This document shows positions 1 to 12,305 of a stretch of 64,000 bases of DNA, in pieces. This DNA is from Macrostomum lignano (taxonomy: Eukaryota). The translations under genes were made by a program, and so were the position numbers. The stretch spans positions 434,001 to 498,000 of the forward strand of contig NIVC01000169.1 in assembly GCA_002269645.1 (NCBI GenBank). The letters are read 5' to 3'. Below the pieces are notes generated by a model. The model saw only the letters and a list, made by a program, of their open reading frames with translations, was not told the DNA's origin and did no database searches. Position 1 is the first letter of the stretch; every line of letters starts with the position of its first letter.

Positions 1-583
1 TGCCTGTCTCAGTGCCTGTCCCAATGTCTGTCTTTGTGTCTGTCTGTCCTAGCGTTTGTCCATCCTAACTGGTAGTGCTGTCTCTCAGACCTGCTGATGG
101 CTGCTGGACACTCGCGCATCCGCCATCTGTCAGGCCGTTAGTGTTTTTCTCTAAATTTTTAAAGCTCCCCAAAATGGCCGCCCCCTCAAATGTACTTTGC
201 CGCTTTTGCAACACTTGTTACCAAAAAGACAACAACAGATAGCAGTTTCCTCAGCTGCAGTCTCCGGGGAATTGTGGAGAAGAACTGAAGCACTTCATCG
301 ATCTTCTTCTCTGGTCGTCAGTCATCGAACTTGGGCACTTTCTCTACCCTGCACCGCCTCAGAGTTCAATGAGAGACAGCTCTTCAGCCTAACAGCCCGC
401 CTGACTCTGCTCATTTGCTGTGTCCGAAAGCTCGCCTACTGAAGGCTCAAGGAGGGGCGGGTTGGGACCGAGAATGCCCAGATTGGATTATGCAGCCCCC
501 ACCAGGCAGGATCCGCAATGTCACCTTCAATTATGGCTGAGTGCTGCGAGTGGGCAGGCTGGGGAATAACTGCAGCAGTCTGT

Positions 584-624
584 CCGTCTGTCTGTCTTAG
601 TGTCTGTCTGTCTGTCTGTCTTAG

Positions 625-657
<33 letters not shown>

Positions 658-708
658 TAGTGTCTGTCTGTCTTAGTGTCTGTCTGTCTTAGTGTTTTAG
701 TGTCTTAG

Positions 709-741
<33 letters not shown>

Positions 742-744
742 TAG

Positions 745-777
<33 letters not shown>

Positions 778-968
778 TAGTGTCTTAGTGTCTGTCTGTC
801 TTAGTGTCTGTCTGTCTTAGTGTCTTAGTGTCTTAGTGTCTGTCTGTCTGTCTGTCTGTCTGTCTTAGTGTCTGTCTGTCTTAGTGTCTGTCTGTCTTAG
901 TGTCTTAGTGTCTGTCTGTCTGTCTGTCTTAGTGTCTGTCTGTCTTAGTGTCTTTGTGTCTGTCTGTC
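584..968. repeat. (TGTC)n microsatellite interrupted by TTAG
   Basis: Direct reading: tctgtctgtc runs with ttag insertions. ORF 884..1351 (SVCL repeats) is an artefact. Confidence 0.95.
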
Positions 969-1092
969 TGAGTCTGACTGGCATACCAGGCACTCCTCAT
1001 CAGTCATTTATTGCGCATAAGGAGATTAACTTACGAGTAACTCCGTCCAGCTCCTTAGATTTTTATTATTCCTGGTCTCACCACTGGGCTCC

Positions 1093-1094
<2 letters not shown>

Positions 1095-1128
<34 letters not shown>
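1095..1128. repeat. (CT)n microsatellite
   Basis: Pure ct dinucleotide run. Confidence 0.95.
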
Positions 1129-1132
<4 letters not shown>

Positions 1133-1474
1133 AGCCGAGAAGTCGGCAAAATCAATTCTGCTACCGGGCAAACAGCCAAATCGATAATTGGTCACGTACT
1201 GCAAAGCCGCTCTGCGCTCGGCTCACAGCAGCTCAGCGGTGCTCCAGTGTTTGCGCAAAGCTTAACCTGCTCACCTGTTTTGAACTTAAGAGCGCCATTT
1301 GGCTTCTGCATTTTGCGGCTACTGGTCTGCCTTGGTTTTTCATTTGGATAATTTGCGTCACTGGGAAGCATTAGAGTTGGGCTATGTAGAAGATTGATTT
1401 TTTAAAGTTTCAATCTTAGATTAACATAATTTTCCAGATTGGTTTTCCAGGTGGATAGAAGATTTCTAGATGAA

Positions 1475-2535
1475 TAGAAGGATTATCCAGAAGAATATAG
1501 GGATTATCCTAATGAATGGAGGGATTATCCAGATGGATAGGATTATCCTAATGGATAGAGGGATTATCCAAATGAATAGAGGGATTATCCAGATGAATAG
1601 AGGGATTATCCAGATGAATAGAGGGATTATCCAAATGAATAGAGGGATTATCCAGAAGGATAGAGGGATTATCCTAATGAATGGAGGGATTATCCAGATG
1701 GATAGGATTATCCTAATGAATAGAGGGATTATCCTAATGGATAGAGGGATTATCCAAATGAATAGAGGGATTATCCAGATGGATAGAGGGATTATGCTAA
1801 TGAATAGAGGGATCATCCAAATGAATAGAGGGATTATCCAGATTAATAGAGGGATTATCCAGATGAATAGAGGGATTATCCAGATGAATAGAGGGATTAT
1901 CCAGATGAATAGAGGGATTATCCAGATGGATAGAGGGATTATCCAGATTAATAGAGGGATTATCCAGATGAATAGAGGGATTATCCAGATGAATAGAGGG
2001 ATTATCCAGATGAATAGAGGGATTATCCAGATGAATAGAGGGATTATCCAGATGGATAGAGGGATTATGCTAATGAATAGAGGGATCATCCAAATGAATA
2101 GAGGGATTATCCAGATGAATAGAGGGATTATCCAGATGAATAGAGGGATTATCCAGATGGATAGAGGGATTATCCAGATTAATAGAGGGATTATCCAGAT
2201 GAATAGAGGGATTATCCAGATGAATAGAGGGATTATCCAGATGAATAGAGGGATTATCCAGATGAATAGAGGGATTATCCAGATGGATAGAGGGATTATG
2301 CTAATGAATAGAGGGATCATCCAAATGAATAGAGGGATTATCCAGATGAATAGAGGGATTATCCAGATGAATAGAGGGATTATCCAGATGAATAGAGGGA
2401 TTATCCAGATGAATAGAGGGATTATCCAGATGAATAGAGGGATTATCCAGATGGATAGAGGGATTATCAAGATGGATAGAGGGATTATCCAGATGAATAG
2501 AGGGATTATCCAGATGAATAGAGGGATTATCCAGA
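1475..2535. repeat. 21-bp minisatellite (ATCCAGATGAATAGAGGGATT)
   Basis: About 50 tandem units; both long ORFs here are translations of the repeat. Confidence 0.97.
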
Positions 2536-3204
2536 AGGCGGAGCTACTATTCAGACCAATAGATTGTAGATGAAGGCATATCAAGCCGTAGAGATCTGCA
2601 AACTACAAAAGCAGATTCAGCAAATTGGCTCACAGTCTGACATCCTGCATCACAGAAGCGATTCGCTGATAAATCCAAAAAAACTTCCAACAGCAGAATT
2701 CTGCATGCACAAACAGACCTCGCCTCTGCCCGTTCACTCTGCCCCCCCCCTGAACAGCTCGAACCGCTGTTTTGAACTTTTCCACGGCCCCTCCTCTCCC
2801 CTCTCTTTCTCGACCTCCATCAATCATTTCTCATTTCTAGTTTTTGGAGAGGGAGAAAAAATCGAGAGGCAATCAACACTGACGGCTGGTCATTGAATTG
2901 AAGTCTGCATCTTTACTGGTGGTAGCTGCTAGTAAAATCATAAATCACTTCTAATATACAGAGGTTCGGGAAGTACGCAAAATGCCAGACCCATCATTGA
3001 AAGTAGTGTGCGCCTCAGCTGTCAAAAAAGTATGGAACTCTTCGCGCAATTATGTCTATATGTAAAGTTTACTACAATACATATCGGCCTTCTGGACCCG
3101 CTGAAAAAAACTAAATCAAACTAGCACACCGCTACTGTAGTCAGTCTCAATCGAAAAGAAACGATTTCCGGACTAATGCGTCGTTAAATCCCCCCCCCCC
3201 CTAT

Positions 3205-4846
3205 CTGATCTGTCCGGTGTGGGATCTATCCGGTGTGGGATCTGTCCGGTGTGGGATCTATCTGTCCGGTGTGGGATCTATCTGTCCGGTGTGGGATCTA
3301 TCTGTCCGGTGTGGGATCTGTCCGGTGTAGAATCTGTCCGGTGTGGAATCTATCTATATGGTGTGGGATCTATCCGGTGTGGGATCTGTCCGGTGTGGGA
3401 TCTGTCCGGTGTGGGATCTATCCGGTGTGGGATCTGTCCGGTGTGGGATCTGTCCGGTGTGGGATCTGTCCGGTGTGGGATCTATCTGTCCGGTGTGGGA
3501 TCTATCTGTCCGGTGTGGGATCTGTGGTGTGGGATCTGTCCGGTGTAGAATCTGTCCGGTGTGGAATCTATCTGTTCGGTGTGGGATCTGTCCGGTGTGG
3601 GATATGTCTGGTGTGGGATCTGTCCGGTGTAGAATCTGTCCGGTGTGGAATCTATCCGTTCGGTGTGGGATCTGTCAGTCCGGTGTGGGATCTATCTGTT
3701 CGGTGTGGGATCTATCTGTTCTGTGTGGGATCTATCTGTCCGGTGTCGGATCTATCTGTCCGGTGTGGGATCTATCTGTCCGGTGTGGGATCTATCTGTC
3801 CGGTGTGGGATCTGTGGTGTGGGATCTGTCCGGTGTAGAATCTGTCCGGTGTGGAATCTATCTGTTCGGTGTGGGATCTGTCCGGTGTAGGATCTGTCCG
3901 GTGTGGGATATGTCCGGTGTGGGATATGTCCGGTGTGGGATCTGTCCGGTGTAGAATCTGTCCGGTGTGGAATCTATCCGTTCGGTGTGGGATCTGTCAG
4001 TCCGGTGTGGGATCTATCTGTTCGGTGTGGGATCTATCTGTTCTGTGTGGGATCTATCTGTCCTGTGTCGGATCTATCTGTCCGGTGTGGGATCTGTTTG
4101 TCCGGTGTGGGATCTATCTGTCCGGTGTGGGATATGTCCGGTGTGGGATCTGTCCGGTGTAGAATCTGTCCGGTGTGGAATCTATCCGTTCGGTGTGGGA
4201 TCTGTCAGTCCGGTGTGGGATCTATCTGTTCGGTGTGGGATCTATCTGTTCTGTGTGGGATCTATCTGTCCGGTGTCGGATCTATCTGTCCGGTGTGGGA
4301 TCTATCTGTCCGGTGTGGGATCTATCTGTCCGGTGTGGGATCTGTGGTGTGGGATCTGTCTGGTGTAGAATCTGTCCGGTGTGGAATCTATCTGTTCGGT
4401 GTGGGATCTGTCCGGTGTAGGATCTGTCCGGTGTGGGATATGTCCGGTGTGGGATATGTCCGGTGTGGGATCTGTCCGGTGTAGAATCTGTCCGGTGTGG
4501 AATCTATCCGTTCGGTGTGGGATCTGTCAGTCCGGTGTGGGATCTATCTGTTCGGTGTGGGATCTATCTGTTCGGTGTGGGATCTATCTGTTCGGTGTGG
4601 GATCTGTCTGTCCGGTGTGGGATCTATCTGTTCGGTGTGGGATCTGTTTGTCCGGTGTGGGATCTGTCTGTTCGGTGTGGGATCTATCTGTTCGGTGTGG
4701 GATCTATCTGTTCGGTGTGGGATCTGTTTGTCCGGTGTGGGATCTATCTGTCCGGTGTGGGATCTATCTGTTGGGTGTGGGATCTATCTGTTCGGTGTGG
4801 GATCTATCTGTTCGGTGTGGGATCTATCTATTCGGTGTGGGATCTA
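3205..4846. repeat. 16-20-bp minisatellite (CCGGTGTGGGATCT[ATCT]GT) with ~530-bp higher-order period
   Basis: Tandem units; near-identical ORFs recur 530 bp apart (3645/4175, 3851/4381, 3903/4433, 3967/4497). Confidence 0.95.
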
Positions 4847-4984
4847 ACCGAAACTAAAATAACAACGACAAAAAAATTTTTAAGTATGCAATTCAAGAAT
4901 AAATTCTCTAGAATTTTTTTCGATTACGAATATTTTAGAATTGATTTTATTTTCTGTGGAGTCCAACAGCCCTAGGCAGCTCAC

Positions 4985-5422
4985 CAATATATCTCTCCAC
5001 AGTGGAGGTGACCAGCATCCACACGGACACCATGCGAAAGGAATAGAAGAAGAACAGGGACAGCTGGCAGACTATCTGCATCTGCAGCCAGCTCTTGAAG
5101 GCGTCGGGCAGAAAGTCCTGATTCTGCAGCCAGTCGGGCACCACGTAGAACACCAGGACTAGCAGGTCGGCGCCGGACAAGAAAGCAAAGTACACGCTGG
5201 CCGTTTGATTGGCAAAGTGCCGCCTGGTGAACACGCGATGCACAGGCAGTTGCCGATGCACCCGATCAGCACGATCAGCGGAGTGACGGCCGTGTAGAAC
5301 AGGTTGCAGCCCGAGCGCGGCTTGGTGGCATTGACCGGAGCCAGAATTTCCGGGATGGAAGCGTTTCCGGCCGAGGCGTTGCACTTGAACACGCTGCAGA
5401 CCAGTAGTTTATAGTTGTCCAT
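4985..5422 (-). CDS. Rhodopsin-class peptide GPCR, first coding exon (TM1-TM3), with apparent 1-nt frameshift
   Basis: ORF 5159..5422 gives an N-terminus with NAS/NAT sequons and TM1 (LIVLIGCIGN). ORF 4947..5384 gives TM2 (FLSGADLLVL) and TM3 ending TVERYI (E/DRY-like). Donor G|GTGAGC at 4984. Frames switch near 5240. Downstream exons not identified. Confidence 0.72.
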
Positions 5423-5679
5423 GTCGACGGCTGCCGGTTCGAAGGCCTCGGCTTGGGGGTCGGCGGGCGGGAGGAGACGGGGCGGCGGAGCGCGGAAACT
5501 GGTCTGTGCCGACGATATTCATACGGGCATGGCGCGGAGTCAGGATGGATGGGGACTGGCGAGTGCGGGATTGGCCGCCTGTCCTGACCAATCTGTGGTC
5601 TCCCGGCTTGTGCAGCCTTCTGCTTGACTTTGTCTGTTGCTCTTGTGTCTCATTGCCTGCTGCTGTTGCGGGTTTGAGC

Positions 5680-6078
5680 GGTGGGGGAATGGGAATTCAC
5701 TGTGGGATGGGCGAGCAGTGGGGGAATGGGAATTCACTGTGGGATGGGCGAGCAGTCGGGGGAATGGGAATTCACTGTGGGATGGGCGAGCAGTGGGGGA
5801 ATGGGAATTCACTGTGGGATGGGCGAGCAGTGGGGGAATGGGAATTCACTGTGGGATGGGCGAGCAGTGGGGGAATGGGAATTCACTGTGGGATAAGTGA
5901 GCAGTGGGGAAATGGGAATTCACTGTGGGGATAAGTGAGCAGTGGGGGAATGGGAATTCACTGTGGGATAAGTGAGCAGTGGGGGAATGGGAATTCACTG
6001 TGGGATAAGTGAGCAGTGGGGGAATGGGAATTCACTGTGGGATAAGTGAGCAGTGGGGGAATGGGAATTCACTGTGGG
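5680..6078. repeat. 37-bp minisatellite (GTGGGGGAATGGGAATTCACTGTGGGATGGGCGAGCA)
   Basis: About 11 tandem units. Confidence 0.95.
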
Positions 6079-6479
6079 GTTGAAAAGTTGGAACATATCG
6101 AATGTCAAATTAAAAAATTCAACAATGGTTATATTTAATCCGAGCCTTCTCAGACACAGCCCTGTAAGGATTGCCAAAGCTTTTGCCATCGCAAGAAGAA
6201 ATCGAATCAAAGAAGACAGGAAACCTTTAGAATCAAAGCCAACAAGGCTTGAGTAGTGAAAACAATTTCCGGTCAAATATTTTCCTCTTTGACATTTTCT
6301 AGACGACTGAAATGTCAGAAAGAATTACAAACAAGGAAATGAACTTCTTTTTACTTCATTTAGAACCGGCCTTGCGTCCAATTAGCCGCAAACAACCTGG
6401 GTGCAAGAGGCTTGAAAATTCCAAACTAAAACTATCTCCCTTAGTTCCCGTTCTCTGTTACTCATAAACAGGCTCTTTC

Positions 6480-6569
6480 TAGTTAGTTATTTAATTAATT
6501 AGTTAGTTAGTTGGTTATTTAGTTAGTTAGCTAGTTAGTTAGTTAGTTAGTTAGCTAGCTAGTTAGTTG

Positions 6570-6616
<47 letters not shown>

Positions 6617-6617
6617 G

Positions 6618-6666
<49 letters not shown>

Positions 6667-6681
6667 CTAGTTAGTTAGTTG

Positions 6682-6716
<35 letters not shown>

Positions 6717-6717
6717 G

Positions 6718-6750
<33 letters not shown>

Positions 6751-6751
6751 C

Positions 6752-6808
<57 letters not shown>

Positions 6809-6809
6809 G

Positions 6810-6850
<41 letters not shown>

Positions 6851-6869
6851 CTAGTTAGTTAGTTAGTTG

Positions 6870-6902
<33 letters not shown>

Positions 6903-6917
6903 CTAGTTAGTTAGTTG

Positions 6918-6948
<31 letters not shown>

Positions 6949-6949
6949 G

Positions 6950-6984
<35 letters not shown>

Positions 6985-6985
6985 G

Positions 6986-7022
<37 letters not shown>

Positions 7023-7023
7023 C

Positions 7024-7062
<39 letters not shown>

Positions 7063-7265
7063 CTAGCTAGCTAGTTAGTTAGTTAGTTAGTTAGCTAGTT
7101 AGTTAGTTAGTAAGTTAGTTAGTTAGTTAGTTAGTTGGCTAGCTAGCTAGTTAGTTAGTTAGTTAGCTAGTTAGTTAGTTAGCTAGCTAGCTAGTTAGTT
7201 AGTTAGTTAGTTAGTTAGCTAGTTAGTTAGTTAGTTAGCTAGTTAGTTAGTTAGTTAATTAGTTA
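6480..7265. repeat. (TTAG)n microsatellite
   Basis: About 780 bp of ttag with ctag/ttgg variants. Confidence 0.97.
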
Positions 7266-7461
7266 GAAAGTGAACAGCCTCAGCGACTCAAACAGCTCAG
7301 CGGATTGGCTGTTCAAGACAAGGTGCGGGCCAATTTTCACAGGAAATTCTCATATTTGGCTGCCGCCCTCACGAGGCCGCAGCCTTTGTTCATGCGCACG
7401 AAATGACAAAAAAATTAATTCAATCTGGGCTGTCTTGCAGCCCCCGCAGTTGCCTCTGAAA

Positions 7462-7572
7462 ATGGCGGCTGCTTTTAGCGGAATTAAGCAGTCCGCCTCG
7501 CCCGCAGCGAGACCGCACCGCGGAGGGCCTCGTCTCCCGGGCCACATTGAATTGAGTCCGCTGAGATGGCAG
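7462..7572 (+). other. Possible first coding exon of an unidentified gene (MAAAFSGIKQ...PLRWQ)
   Basis: aaaATGGCG start context, GC-rich, 37 open codons ending at a strong CAG|GTGAGT donor. No downstream exon or homology recognised. Confidence 0.25.
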
Positions 7573-7685
7573 GTGAGTGGGCCGCGCGATTGAAAATCTG
7601 AGGCTTATTTAAACTCATCCTTGCGTCAGCAGACACACAGGGAGCTACATTCATGTACTGAGCAGATGAAGCATTGCATGAGGAC

Positions 7686-7763
7686 GGGCAGACAGACAGG
7701 CAGACAGACAGATAGATAGACAGACAGACAGAGAGACAGACAGACAGACAGACACAGACAGGC

Positions 7764-7796
<33 letters not shown>

Positions 7797-7848
7797 CAGA
7801 CAGACAGACAGAGAGACAGACAGACACAGACAGGCAGACAGACAGACT
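7686..7848. repeat. (CAGA)n microsatellite
   Basis: Direct reading. Confidence 0.93.
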
Positions 7849-8780
7849 CAGAAAAGTCAATATTGGAGAAGCTGCTCAAGAGTGGGGGGGACTTATTAGA
7901 GAACTGAGCCTACCCGGGGGGGAAATTATATACAAGTACAAACGAATTGCATTAATCCCATTAGGGAAGCTTAAAATTCAAATTTCGAATTGAAGGAAGC
8001 GCTTTCTGAAGTAGAAAACAAAATTATTTGGGCAATTAATTATTCTAAAATTAGAAGTTGAATCGAAACTACAGACGCACCCTCAGTTTCCTAAATCTAA
8101 TTTGTGAATATTTTAAATTAGCATTTCCAAAACCGATTTTAGAACCTGCTCAGTCTTACAGTAACTAGAGTGGAGACTATATCTATTTTTACTTATTTAT
8201 TTTTTATCAAAGTTTCGAAGGCCGATATTACTAGCCGATCAGTAACTCAATGCGTACTTTAATCTCTTTAGTTTCAACAAGTTGAAAAATAACTACGATT
8301 AAAGTAATTTACACAACATATCGTCATCTGTAGGCTTTCTAATATTAGATCTGTATACACAAGCTTACGTGGCGCATATGCTCTATAATGAAGTTTAGCT
8401 GTCCCGAATCCAGAGAGCCTTAATCTGCTTGTCAGAGGCTTTGCCATCAGCTTAGCTAACTCAGCTGATCAAAGTCTTAACGAGCGATTAGGGCCGGGTG
8501 GATTAGGATTATTATAAAGCCTGGGTAGTCAGAGACTTAGAGAGAAGGGATTATAAAACCCGAAGTCTTTGGGTATAAATTTCCCCCAAATAAACAAGGC
8601 GGCATAGGAGAATTCCATAGAGGAATAACTGGGGGAGGGGGGGCAGAGGGGCGAGGCTTCCACCAGGCCTCACAAAGCCAGACCCGCTCTGCAGTGTCCT
8701 TCCTAAGAGCCCCTTCGTTTTATTTGGCTATTTGGCTGCAATTTCGCCAACAGGACTGAATTAACATTTTGAAGGCCAAT

Positions 8781-8990
8781 GAATAAAGTCAGACTTTATG
8801 CTGCTCTAGATCTCACCCTGAGAATAAAGTCAGACTTCATGCTGCTCTAAATCTCACCCTGAGAATAGAGTCAAACTTTATGCTGCTCTAGATCTCACCC
8901 TGAGAATAGAGTCAGACTTCATGCTGCTCTAGATCTCACCCTAAGAATAGAGTCAGACTTCATGCTGCTCTAGATCTCACCCTGAGAATA
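8781..8990. repeat. 41-bp minisatellite, about 5 units
   Basis: GAATAGAGTCAGACTTCATGCTGCTCTAGATCTCACCCTGA repeated. Confidence 0.9.
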
Positions 8991-9644
8991 AGAGCCAGAC
9001 TCCACGCTCCAGGGTAGAAAAGGGAAGTGATAATGATAGTCCAAGATGGAGGCAAACAAAAAGGATAATATAATGAAGCAGGTATTTAATGAGATTAGTC
9101 ATCTGGGGGAACTGGATGCGGATGCATGTAAACCGAGCGCCCGCATGTTTCGTTGCTCGTAGAAAGTTCCAAGTTTCGCTTCAGCAAAAATTTATTTTAA
9201 GCACGACTCACTGGGTCTAATAATGACTATTGGTGAGTGCAGTGCAGTGGGGGGCAGAAGAGCCATTAGAGCATAGTAAAAGCCGTAGACTGAGTTTGAT
9301 AAAACATGGCATGAGCCTCGTATTAGGCATCATTCATCAGGAAGGCAGAATAATTTCCCGCATAGATGAAGTCTGTATGAGGCTTGCTACTGTAGACTCT
9401 GCCCGTATCGGAATGCGGAGTAAAACTTTTTTAGTGCAGCTCCAGCTATGCAGATCTGCCGCTCAAGGGCCATTGACAACAATTTAATTAGCTTTCGTGA
9501 ACAGCAAGCCAGTAAGTTTAGGCGCATTAGAAATGAGAGAAACCTGTGGAACTGAGCTGCGTACACGTGTGATCAGCTGCTATGCATTATTAATAAGCTT
9601 CGGTCAATTCATGGCAACTTTTCTGCAATTCACCAGGAGACTGA

Positions 9645-10226
9645 GGCAGCGGAGAGGCAGATTCAAGGACTCTGGGGCAGCGGAGAGGCAGATTCAAGGA
9701 CTCTGAGGCAGCGGAGAGGCGGATTTAAGGTCTCTGAGGCAGCGGAGAGGCAGATTCAAGGTCTCTGAGGCAGCGGAGAGGCGGATTTAAGGTCTCTGAG
9801 GCAGCGGAGAGGCAGATTCAAGGACTCTGAGGCAGCGGAGAGGCAGATTCAAGGACTCTGAGGCAGCGGAGAGGCAGATTCAAGGACTCTGAGGCAGCGG
9901 AGAGGCAGATTCAAGGTCTCTGAGGCAGCGGAGAGGCGGATTTAAGGTCTCTGAGGCAGCGGAGAGGCAGATTCAAGGACTCTGAGGCAGCGGAGAGGCA
10001 GATTCAAGGACTCTGAGGCAGCGGAGAGGCAGATTCAAGGACTCTGAGGCAGCGGAGAGGCAGATTCAAGGACTCTGAGGCAGCGGAGAGGCAGATTCAA
10101 GGACTCTGAGGCAGCGGAGAGGCAGATTCAAGGACTCTGAGGCAGCGGAGAGGCAGATTCAAGGACTCTGAGGCAGCGGAGAGGCAGATTCAAGGTCTCT
10201 GAGGCAGCGGAGAGGCAGATTTAAGG
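9645..10226. repeat. 31-bp minisatellite (ATTCAAGGACTCTGAGGCAGCGGAGAGGCAG)
   Basis: About 18 near-identical units. Confidence 0.95.
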
Positions 10227-10759
10227 ACCTACCCCAAATAAAACAATCGCTAGTAAGTATAATTATAGTTAATCAGATTAGAACATAATTACAGAATTTA
10301 CAGCATATAATTTGCCAAACGCCACAAGATGCAACGGTAAACAGACGAGTACTATAAAACAAATTCGTAGCACATATATGAAGTATCCATAATACTAATA
10401 TAAGTAACATTTTGTATATACGAGTATGTTGCCAAGCTGAGTGTAGAGACAGGATGAAATCGCACATTGAACCTGAATAGGACAAACAGAATAGAAATTA
10501 ATATTAATCTAGATTTTTTAAAAACATTGAAAATTTAAATCGAATGTCGAAATGCGCGCCCAACTCAAATATCTGATAAGCAATTGCGAAGACCCAGTGT
10601 AAAATTATCTAAATGATCGAATTCGTAGAAAAAAGAATAATTACGATACACTGTTTTGGAAGAATGCAAATTGCTGTGGCGCCACTCTGATAGGGGTCCA
10701 GGGTCACTCAGACGCGGAAAGCTTGGTACTGCTAGGGTTGGCATACTCTAATGGGTTGG

Positions 10760-11392
10760 GGTCACTCTGATGGGTATAGGGTCACTCTGATGGGTATAGG
10801 GTCACTCTCATGGGTATGGGGTCTCTCTCATGGGTATGGGGTCACTCTGATGGGTATAGGGTCACTCTGATGGGTATGGGGTCACTCTGATGGGTATAGG
10901 GTCACTCTGATGGGTATAGAGTCACTCTGATGGGTATAGGGTCACCCTGATGGGTATAGGGTCACTCTGATGGGTTTGGGTCACTCTGATGGGTATAGGA
11001 TCACTCTGATGGGTATAGGGTCACTCTGATGGGTATAGGATCACTCTGATGGGTATAGGGTCACTCTGATGGGTATAGGATCACTCTGATGGGTATAGGG
11101 TCACTCTGATGGGTAGTTGTGGTCACTCTGATGGGTAGTTGTGGTCACTCTGATGGGTAGTTGTGGTCACTCTGATGGGTAGTTGTGGTCACTCTGATGG
11201 GTATAGGGTCACTCTGATGGGTATAGGGTCACTCTGATGGGTATAGGGTCACTCTGATGGGTATAGGGTCACTCTGATGGGTATAGGGTCACTCTGATGG
11301 GTATAGGGTCACTCTGATGGGTATAGGGTCACTCTGATGGGTATAGGGTCACTCTGATGGGTATAGGGTCACTCTGATGGGTAGTTGTGGTC
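10760..11392. repeat. 20-bp minisatellite (GGGTCACTCTGATGGGTATA)
   Basis: About 30 units, with a 22-bp gtagttgtgg variant. Confidence 0.95.
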
Positions 11393-11744
11393 AAGATTAG
11401 ATATATAGACTCGCTCCATGATACAGTTTGTAGGTCACTAGACTCCCAGAAGCGACCCCAATATGAGCAGTAACGTTACAGGTTACAAAATTATTAAATT
11501 TTATAAAGCAATAACAGACTTAGATATAAGAGCACACGGAACCACAGACAGTAGTATAGCTGAACTAAATACTGAGCATAAAAACAATGTAGTTATAGCT
11601 ACAGACCTACAATAAACAGTAGCGGATCCAGAAAGGGGATCAAGGAGGTCAGCTGACCCTCTAAGTTACGAATATGGGGGCCTATGACCCCCACATACGA
11701 AAAAAATTACATAACAGGCAGTTTCGTGTGGACAGCGACAGATC

Positions 11745-12215
11745 AAAGTCAAAGAAGTCAAGGACGCCAAGGAGGTCAAAGAGGTCAGAGAGGTCAAGGA
11801 GGTCAAGGGGCTCAAGGAGGTCAAGGGGCTCAAGGAGGTCAAGGGGTCAGAGAGGTCAAAGAGATCAATGAGGTCAGAGAGGTCAAGGAGGTCAAGGGGC
11901 TCAAGGAGGTCAAGGGGCTCAAGGAGGTCAAGGGGCTCAAGGAGGTCAAGGGGATCAGAGAAGTCAAAGAGGCCAATGAGGTCAAGGTCAAGGAGGCTAA
12001 AGGGGGCAAGGAGGTCAAGGAGTTCAAAAAAGTCGAGGGAGTCAAGGTCGAGGGGTTAAGGGGGTCAAGAGGTCAAGGAGATCAATGGGGTCAGAGCGGT
12101 CAAAGAGGTCAAAGTCAAGGAGGCTAAGGGGCCAAGGAGGTCAATGGGTTCAAGGAAGTCAAGGGAGTCAAGGTTAAGGTGGTTAAGAGGGTCAGGAGGT
12201 CAAGGTGGTCAACTG
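11745..12215. repeat. Degenerate 9/18-bp GAGGTCAAG repeat just downstream of DAXX
   Basis: caaggaggtcaagggg units; the ORFs here are repeat artefacts. Confidence 0.85.
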
Positions 12216-12305
12216 ACCTCACTCCGGGAAAAATCCGGAATCGTGCTCTGGCAGTAAATATTATACTTTGGCGAAGAGTTTTTTAGACTAAAAGCCGAGC
12301 TGCTC

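Noticed and set aside
6480-7265. (TTAG)n as interstitial telomere
   Set aside because: Not TTAGGG or TTAGG; an ordinary tetranucleotide microsatellite.
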